From Acinetobacter bohemicus ANC 3994 (GTDB taxonomy: Bacteria > Pseudomonadota > Gammaproteobacteria > Pseudomonadales > Moraxellaceae), in contig NZ_KB849164.1 in NCBI RefSeq assembly GCF_000367925.1, forward strand, positions 711,383 through 743,382: 32,000 nt of DNA. Reading direction: 5' to 3'. The stretch's first letter is position 1. Each line of letters begins with the position of its first letter. Position numbers and translations under genes: made by a program. Below, piece by piece: positions 26,228-32,000 of this stretch. A model generated the notes under the pieces. It did not search any database. It saw only the letters and a program-made list of their open reading frames with translations, and was not told where the DNA came from.

Positions 26228-26647
26228 ATGCATGAATTTATAGCGAAAATTTACAGTATTTTATCATTGGAAAAATACATTTTTATTGGATTAATGGATT
26301 GAATTGAAATAGGTTCTAGCTAAAATAGTTGACTCTCTAATTCTTTATCCGCTTCCCCAAGCGCGTTTTATGACAAAGCATTAGAAAGTCAATTCGTTGT
26401 TTTGTTCCAAGTTACTATTTTTTTGTTTATGGTTATTCTGTAGTTGTATTAAATCGTTTAATTTGCATTCGATCTATCCCTGAAAATAGGTATTTCCCGC
26501 TCAATAATGGGAAATGTGAGATTAATTACAATTTGCTAAGTTTTTCATCCGTCTATGGTTAGCAATCAATTACTATTTGCCTGAAATGCACTGAATCTGG
26601 TTAATCTTGTGCATATAATAGGGCAGTTTTAATTTTGGCAGTTTTTT

Positions 26648-27268
26648 ATGCGCGGTTTATATCTTATTACCAATGATGATCCTTTAGAAGTTTTACTTGC
26701 AAAGTTGGAAGGTGCTTTTGCAAATGGTGGCATAGCCGTATTGCAATATCGCCGTAAGAAAGTCACACAAGAAGATCAAATTTACGAAGTGGAATATATG
26801 AAAGCCTTGTGTGCTGAATATGCTGTTCCTTTTGTGATTAATGATGATCTAGAAATGGCAGTTAAATATGGTGTAGGTGTACATTTGGGGCAAGATGATG
26901 GCTCAATTGCCGATGCTGCCGCACAATTACCTCAAGGTGTACTTATTGGTTGTAGTTGTAATAATTCACTCGAACTGGCTGAACAAGCCATTGCAGAAGG
27001 TGCAAATTATGTGGCATTTGGTGCAATTTATGCCACTGATACTAAACCTGAAGCAGGCAATATTGGTCTGGAAACATTAAAGCAAGCAAAAGCCAAGTTG
27101 AATGTACCGATTTGTGCCATTGGTGGTTTAACGGTTGAAAATTCCGATGTTGTGATTACAGCAGGCGCAGACTTATGCGCGGTGATCAGTGATATTTTAG
27201 GTCGTCCAATGAATCATATTCCTGAACGTTTAGATGAGTGGTCTGAACTTTTTAGTGCGACGGTTTAA
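26648..27268 (+). CDS. thiE: Thiamine-phosphate synthase
   Basis: 206 aa. 'LYLIT', 'LQYRRK', 'INDD...A...GVHLGQDD' and 'GAIY.T.TKP' motifs. Confidence 0.9.
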   Translation: MRGLYLITNDDPLEVLLAKLEGAFANGGIAVLQYRRKKVTQEDQIYEVEYMKALCAEYAVPFVINDDLEMAVKYGVGVHLGQDDGSIADAAAQLPQGVLIGCSCNNSLELAEQAIAEGANYVAFGAIYATDTKPEAGNIGLETLKQAKAKLNVPICAIGGLTVENSDVVITAGADLCAVISDILGRPMNHIPERLDEWSELFSATV

Positions 27269-27313
27269 GCAGTTTTTTTATTTTTGTAGTTAAATTTTTA
27301 GTTGAGTAAATTG

Positions 27314-28618
27314 ATGAGCTTATCTCCAAAGCAAGAACAATTGTTTAAACAAGCCAGCAAACATATTCCAGGTGGGGTGAATTCACCGGTACGTGCTTTT
27401 AATGGGGTGGGTGGCACGCCTGTATTTATCGAAAAAGCCAAAGGTGCGTATTTATACGATGTCGACGGTAAGCGTTATGTCGATTATGTGGGTTCATGGG
27501 GACCAATGATTTTAGGGCATGCGCATCCAGCCATCATTAAAGCAGTTCAAGATGCTGCTGTGGACGGTTTGAGTTTTGGTGCGCCCACTGTTCATGAAAC
27601 CACTTTGGCAGATATTATTTGTGAAATTATGCCGTCGATTGAATTGGTTCGTATGACCAATTCGGGGACTGAAGCAACCATGACCGCCATTCGTCTAGCA
27701 CGTGGTTATACCGGTCGTGACAAGATTGTAAAATTTGAAGGTTGTTACCACGGTCATTCAGACTCGCTGTTGGTTAAAGCAGGTTCGGGTATGTTGACCA
27801 ATGGTGAAGGTGAAGCGACGTCTGCGGGTGTGCCTGCTGATTTTGCTAAACATACGCTCACACTTCCATACAATGATATTGCGACACTGAAAGAATGCTT
27901 TGCTAAATTTGGTCATGAAATTGCTGGGGTCATTGTTGAACCTGTAGCGGGTAACATGAACTTGGTTATCCCAATTGATGGTTTCTTACAAGCAATTCGT
28001 GATGTATGTGATGAACATGGTTCAGTGTTTATTATTGATGAAGTAATGACGGGTTTCCGTGTCGGTCTAGGTGGTGCTCAGGCACATTATGGCGTAACAC
28101 CTGACTTGACGACTTTAGGTAAAATTATTGGTGCAGGCTTACCCGTCGGTGCATTCGGTGGTAAACGTGAAGTGATGGAATGCATTGCACCACTGGGTAA
28201 AGTTTATCAAGCGGGGACATTGTCGGGTAATCCATTGGCGATGCGTGCCGGTATTGAAATGTTTAAACATTTACGTGCCGAAGGTTTCTATGAAAACTTA
28301 ACTGCACAATTAGCAAAATTACTGGCGGGTTTACAAGTTGCTGCGGATCAAGCAGGGATTCCATTCAAGACTCAACAAGTGGGTGGGATGTTTGGTTTGT
28401 ACTTTACCAATCAGACAGACATTACCAGCTTTGATTCAATGCTGAAATGTGATGTTGATGCCTTCCGTAAATTCTTCCACGGTATGTTAAAACGTGGGGT
28501 AAACCTTGCACCATCCGCATTTGAAGCTGGATTTATTTCGATTGCACATTCTGATGAAGATATTGAATTTACTCTACAGGCAGCACGTGAAACTTTTGCT
28601 GAAATGAAATCGGTTTAA
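27314..28618 (+). CDS. hemL: Glutamate-1-semialdehyde 2,1-aminomutase
   Basis: '[12 protein letters not shown]', 'YVGSWGP', 'DEVMTGFR' and '[16 protein letters not shown]'. I prefer ATG 27314 over the upstream TTG in the ORF track. Confidence 0.93.
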   Translation: MSLSPKQEQLFKQASKHIPGGVNSPVRAFNGVGGTPVFIEKAKGAYLYDVDGKRYVDYVGSWGPMILGHAHPAIIKAVQDAAVDGLSFGAPTVHETTLADIICEIMPSIELVRMTNSGTEATMTAIRLARGYTGRDKIVKFEGCYHGHSDSLLVKAGSGMLTNGEGEATSAGVPADFAKHTLTLPYNDIATLKECFAKFGHEIAGVIVEPVAGNMNLVIPIDGFLQAIRDVCDEHGSVFIIDEVMTGFRVGLGGAQAHYGVTPDLTTLGKIIGAGLPVGAFGGKREVMECIAPLGKVYQAGTLSGNPLAMRAGIEMFKHLRAEGFYENLTAQLAKLLAGLQVAADQAGIPFKTQQVGGMFGLYFTNQTDITSFDSMLKCDVDAFRKFFHGMLKRGVNLAPSAFEAGFISIAHSDEDIEFTLQAARETFAEMKSV

Positions 28619-28650
28619 GTAAATAGTTTTCAGCTCAATTGATTGATCAT

Positions 28651-28690
28651 AAAGCTCGTGGTTGAAGGACTACGGGCTTTTTATTTTTAT
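28651..28690 (+). terminator. Rho-independent terminator of hemL
   Basis: 11-bp stem AAAGCTCGTGG / CTACGGGCTTT with 2 G-U pairs, then TTTTATTTTT. Confidence 0.7.
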
Positions 28691-28710
28691 AGGACTTATT
28701 AGGAGTAAAC

Positions 28711-29130
28711 GTGAAAACCAAACATTATTTAATGCTAGAAGATGCTGAGTTGCTATTAAATTACGCCCATCAATATGCAATACAACATGCATTTAATGTC
28801 AGCATTGCGATTGTGGATGAAACAGGTACTTTATTGGCAATGAAGCGTATGGATGGTGCTTCACCCATGACAGCAAACTTATGTTTAGAAAAAGCCAAAT
28901 GCTCAGCCATTAGCCGTCGTCCATCAAAATTATTTGAAGATCTTATTAAAAATGGTCAGATGGGTTTTCTAACGATGGATAGTTTTTCTGGCATGTTGGA
29001 GGGTGGAGAGCCGATTTTATATGCAGGGCAATTGGTCGGTGCTGTTGGTGTGTCAGGAGTTAAATCCTTTCAGGATGCAGAAATTGCGCAACATGCAATT
29101 CAGGCTTTTTTGGCAAATATGCCTGAATAA
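28711..29130 (+). CDS. GlcG/HbpS-like (DUF336) heme-binding-type protein
   Basis: 139 aa. GTG start 6 nt after AGGAG. 'IAIVDE.G.LLAM.RMDGA' and 'GAVGVSG' are typical of DUF336. Confidence 0.75.
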   Translation: MKTKHYLMLEDAELLLNYAHQYAIQHAFNVSIAIVDETGTLLAMKRMDGASPMTANLCLEKAKCSAISRRPSKLFEDLIKNGQMGFLTMDSFSGMLEGGEPILYAGQLVGAVGVSGVKSFQDAEIAQHAIQAFLANMPE

Positions 29131-29379
29131 GGGATATATTGAGAATCGACACAATCAGGGTGTAGAGATTAACTGTAAAGATTTCTTGGCACTTCTTCTT
29201 ATGCGGGGGCAGATTTTGACTAGGGTATTTAGACCCCCAATTCTATTTTTCAACCAATTGAAATAATTTTGAGTCAAAATCGGAAAAACCGTCGTCAATT
29301 CTAGTATTGAGCATTGTAATTCTGTGGCAAGCTTTCTATTATTGCTGGCTTGTTTTCGCGATCAGCTTGGAATTGAACA

Positions 29380-30024
29380 TTGAGTAATTTTCTAACCGAA
29401 CACCTGATACATCGTGATGAAGATTTTATGGTGATCCATAAACCTGCGGGTGTACTCACCGTTCCCGGCAAAACTGAAGATTTACAAGATTGCGTGATCA
29501 ATAGATTATTAAAAATAGAACCTAAAACCTTATTGATTCACCGTTTAGATCGTGATACTTCGGGTATCTTGGTTTTTGGTTTGACCAAATGGGGACAAAA
29601 AACCATTTCCCGTCAGTTCCAAGAACGTCAAACAGCAAAAACATATCAAGCCGTTGTGGCTGGACATTTGGTCGGTGAAGGTACTGTTGACGTGCCTGTG
29701 GTTTACGACCCTGAACATCCGCCATTACATATTGCCGATATTCATCATAACAAGCCTGCATTAACGCATTGGCAAGTCATTGAACATTTTGAAATTCAAG
29801 GGCAGGCGGTCACGCGTGTCAAACTTACCCCGATTACAGGTCGTTCACATCAGCTTCGCGTACATATGCAGTATCTGGGTCATCCGATTGTGGGGGACAC
29901 TTTATATGCGACACGGGAACAGCAACAGTTGATTCCACGTCTATGCTTACATGCTGAACACTTGGGTTTTTACCATCCTCAAACAGAGGAACTTGTGGAG
30001 TTTTATTATCCTGTTCCTTTTTAA
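29380..30024 (+). CDS. rluA: RluA-family pseudouridine synthase
   Basis: 214 aa with a TTG start. Catalytic 'HRLDRDTSG', 'KTYQAVV' and 'GRSHQLRVH'. Adjacency to rapA echoes the E. coli rapA-rluA linkage. Confidence 0.7.
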   Translation: MSNFLTEHLIHRDEDFMVIHKPAGVLTVPGKTEDLQDCVINRLLKIEPKTLLIHRLDRDTSGILVFGLTKWGQKTISRQFQERQTAKTYQAVVAGHLVGEGTVDVPVVYDPEHPPLHIADIHHNKPALTHWQVIEHFEIQGQAVTRVKLTPITGRSHQLRVHMQYLGHPIVGDTLYATREQQQLIPRLCLHAEHLGFYHPQTEELVEFYYPVPF

Positions 30025-30176
30025 GATAAAAACTTTTTAATCGTCATCGAATTTGCTCACTTTTTAGTGGGCTTTATGTCAAAATATATTGCTTAAAGAC
30101 CTATTTTCTTGCTCAAATACTAATCAGGTTTTGAGTTTAAAATTAGTGTCCTCATTTTTAGATAAAGGTGGAAAAA

Positions 30177-32000
30177 TTGCATCAGTTTGCTATTGGTCAG
30201 CGTTGGTTATCAGATACAGAAACAGAGCTTGGTTTAGGGGTTCTTATTGATGTAGATGAACGATCGGTTAGCATTTTATTCCCGAAAAGTGATGAAACAC
30301 GTGTGTACGCACGTAATAATGCACCTTTATCGCGTATTGTTTTTAACATTAAAGATGAATTACAAGATCAAGAAGGCACCAAGTGGCTGGTTGAATCTTT
30401 TGAAGATCGTCATGGTGTGGTTCGTTATAACGTGGTGCGTACTTTAGAAGATGGGACTGAAGAGCGTAAATCATTAAACGAAACACGTATTGGTGCGCAT
30501 ATTCAGCTGTCTAAGCCACTTGATCGTTTGCTTGCCAGTCAAATTGATTATAAAGAATGGTATGACCTTCGTATTGAAGCTTTGCTTATGCAAGCCAATA
30601 TGAAAGCCAGCCCATTACGTGGCATGGTCGGTGCGCGTGTCGGTCTAATTCCACATCAGTTGTATATTGCTCATGAAGTCGGGCAGCGTTTTGCACCTCG
30701 TGTTTTACTTGCCGACGAAGTAGGTTTGGGTAAAACCATTGAAGCAGGCTTGATTATTCATCAGCAACTTAAAACAGGTCGTTCAGAACGTATCCTGATT
30801 TTAGTGCCAGATTCACTGCAATATCAGTGGATGATTGAAATGCGCCGTCGTTTTAATCTACAGTTCTCTTTATTTGATTTAACCCGTACAGCATCGATTA
30901 AAGAACATGATCCAGATTTAAATCCATTCTTGACTGAGCAATGTATCATTGCCAGTGTGGACTTGATGGTCGATCATGATGATTTACGTGAACAAGCACT
31001 AGAAGCTGGTTTCGACTTGCTTGTGGTCGATGAAGCACATCATTTGATGTGGAGTGAAGAAGAAGGTGGTAATGACCGTTATGACCTTGTTGAAGAACTG
31101 GCTGAGAAAACACCGGGTGTTTTACTGCTGACAGCGACACCTGAACAATTGGGTGTAGAAAGCCATTTCGCGCGTTTACGTTTACTTGATCCACAGCGTT
31201 TTAGTTCACTTGATCGTTTCTTAGATGAAGAAGTGCAATATCACCACACTGCAAAAATTGCAGAAGTGTTGATGTCAGATATGCTTTTAGAACAAGGCCA
31301 TTTATCTGCGATTGAAGGCTTGCTTGGGCATAGCATTCAGGATGAGCCAGAACAACGTTTCCGTGCCATTCACGAATTATTAGACCGTCATGGTACAGGT
31401 CGTATTTTATTCCGTAATACCCGTGAAGCGATTCAAGGTTTCCCAGGTCGTGACTGTCAACCAGCTGCATTACCTGCACCAGCACACTGGTCTAAAGATG
31501 GTAAATTACGTGAACAAATGTGGCCTGAAGAAGCACAGCTTGATGGTGCTTGGATGGAACACGATCCACGTGTTATGTGGTTGATGGAAATGCTCCGCAC
31601 AGGGCTGAAACACAAAAAAGTATTGCTGATTGCACGTACTGGACCTGTGGTTGAAGCTTTGGAAAATGTACTGCGTTTACATGCCGGTATTCGTACGGCT
31701 ATGTTCCATGAAGGTATGAGCTTACTTGAGCGTGACCAAGCAGCTGCATATTTTGCGGAAGATTCTTACGGTGCACAAATTTTACTCTGTTCGGAAATTG
31801 GTTCTGAAGGACGTAACTTCCAGTTTGCTTCTGACCTGATTTTATTTGATTTACCGGCGAACCCAGACGTTTTAGAACAACGTATTGGCCGTTTAGACCG
31901 TATTGGTCAAGAAAACCGTATTCAAATTCATGTGCCATATTTAGTAGGTACAGCGCAAGAGCGTATGTTCCGTTGGTACAACGAAGGTTTAAATATTTTT
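30177..32000 (+). CDS. rapA: RNA polymerase-associated SNF2-family ATPase RapA (HepA), N-terminal 608 codons; continues past the window
   Basis: Absent from the ORF track because it has no stop in the window. My translation from TTG 30177 (AAGGTGG upstream) has no stops: 'FAIGQRWLSDTETELGLG', 'LLADEVGLGKTIEAG', 'LLVVDEAHHL', 'LLLTATPEQLG', 'SEIGSEGRNFQF'. Confidence 0.9.
   Translation, partial: MHQFAIGQRWLSDTETELGLGVLIDVDERSVSILFPKSDETRVYARNNAPLSRIVFNIKDELQDQEGTKWLVESFEDRHGVVRYNVVRTLEDGTEERKSLNETRIGAHIQLSKPLDRLLASQIDYKEWYDLRIEALLMQANMKASPLRGMVGARVGLIPHQLYIAHEVGQRFAPRVLLADEVGLGKTIEAGLIIHQQLKTGRSERILILVPDSLQYQWMIEMRRRFNLQFSLFDLTRTASIKEHDPDLNPFLTEQCIIASVDLMVDHDDLREQALEAGFDLLVVDEAHHLMWSEEEGGNDRYDLVEELAEKTPGVLLLTATPEQLGVESHFARLRLLDPQRFSSLDRFLDEEVQYHHTAKIAEVLMSDMLLEQGHLSAIEGLLGHSIQDEPEQRFRAIHELLDRHGTGRILFRNTREAIQGFPGRDCQPAALPAPAHWSKDGKLREQMWPEEAQLDGAWMEHDPRVMWLMEMLRTGLKHKKVLLIARTGPVVEALENVLRLHAGIRTAMFHEGMSLLERDQAAAYFAEDSYGAQILLCSEIGSEGRNFQFASDLILFDLPANPDVLEQRIGRLDRIGQENRIQIHVPYLVGTAQERMFRWYNEGLNIF

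Noticed and set aside
26229-26647. Possible TPP (THI-box) riboswitch upstream of thiE
   Set aside because: I looked for the conserved CUGAGA ... ACCUGAUCUGGAUAAUGCCAGCG core and did not find it. There is only an unrelated hairpin (ATTTCCC/GGGAAAT at about 26494-26517) and a GTGAGA. An Infernal scan would be the decisive check.
29003-29266. 87-aa plus-strand ORF overlapping the end of the GlcG-like gene
   Set aside because: It is an alternate frame of a recognisable DUF336 CDS that runs into the structured intergenic region. It has no RBS.
30946-31485. Two minus-strand ORFs (82 and 94 aa) near the window end
   Set aside because: They lie antisense within the uninterrupted rapA reading frame, which shows clear SNF2 helicase motifs.
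1-32000. CRISPR arrays, rRNA, tmRNA, RNase P, 6S and SRP RNA genes
   Set aside because: I scanned the intergenic regions by eye for regularly spaced direct repeats and for the conserved 5' and core sequences of these RNAs, and saw none. The only exact long repeat is the duplicated tRNA-Leu.

Overview
This is an AT-rich gammaproteobacterial chromosomal segment. Gene content and protein sequences look like Acinetobacter (Moraxellaceae); that is an inference from memory, not a search. Most of the window is ordinary housekeeping: a holD-like gene, a 2-hydroxyacid dehydrogenase, bepA-like M48 protease, rpsU plus a GatB/YqeY gene divergent from tsaD, gloB, a cystine-type symporter, a PhzF-family gene, an M16 peptidase, thiE-hemL, and rluA next to rapA (open at the 3' window edge). 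There is also a Leu-Trp-Leu tRNA cluster. I found no CRISPR array, rRNA or prophage. The main accessory feature is one IS110/IS1111-family insertion between the PhzF-family gene and the M16 peptidase gene (transposase 15755-16744). Its visibly GC-richer 3' non-coding end carries a hairpin flanked by two TCTGAG-prefixed segments. One segment matches DNA at the putative left junction and the other matches DNA just past the putative right junction, which is the layout expected for a guide (bridge/seek) RNA. This is my best candidate for the 'system' in the window. Other items worth a second look:
- Tandem CYTH-CHAD paralogs, one of which has lost the conserved basic CHAD motifs.
- An orphan promoter-palindrome-terminator unit (candidate sRNA) at about 26.1-26.2 kb.
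- An overlapping patatin-like lipase and minimal Ser/Thr-kinase-like gene pair.
- An orphan small gene plus a roughly 590-bp ORF-free stretch next to the tRNA cluster.
All product calls rest on motif recognition by eye, and no database search was run.
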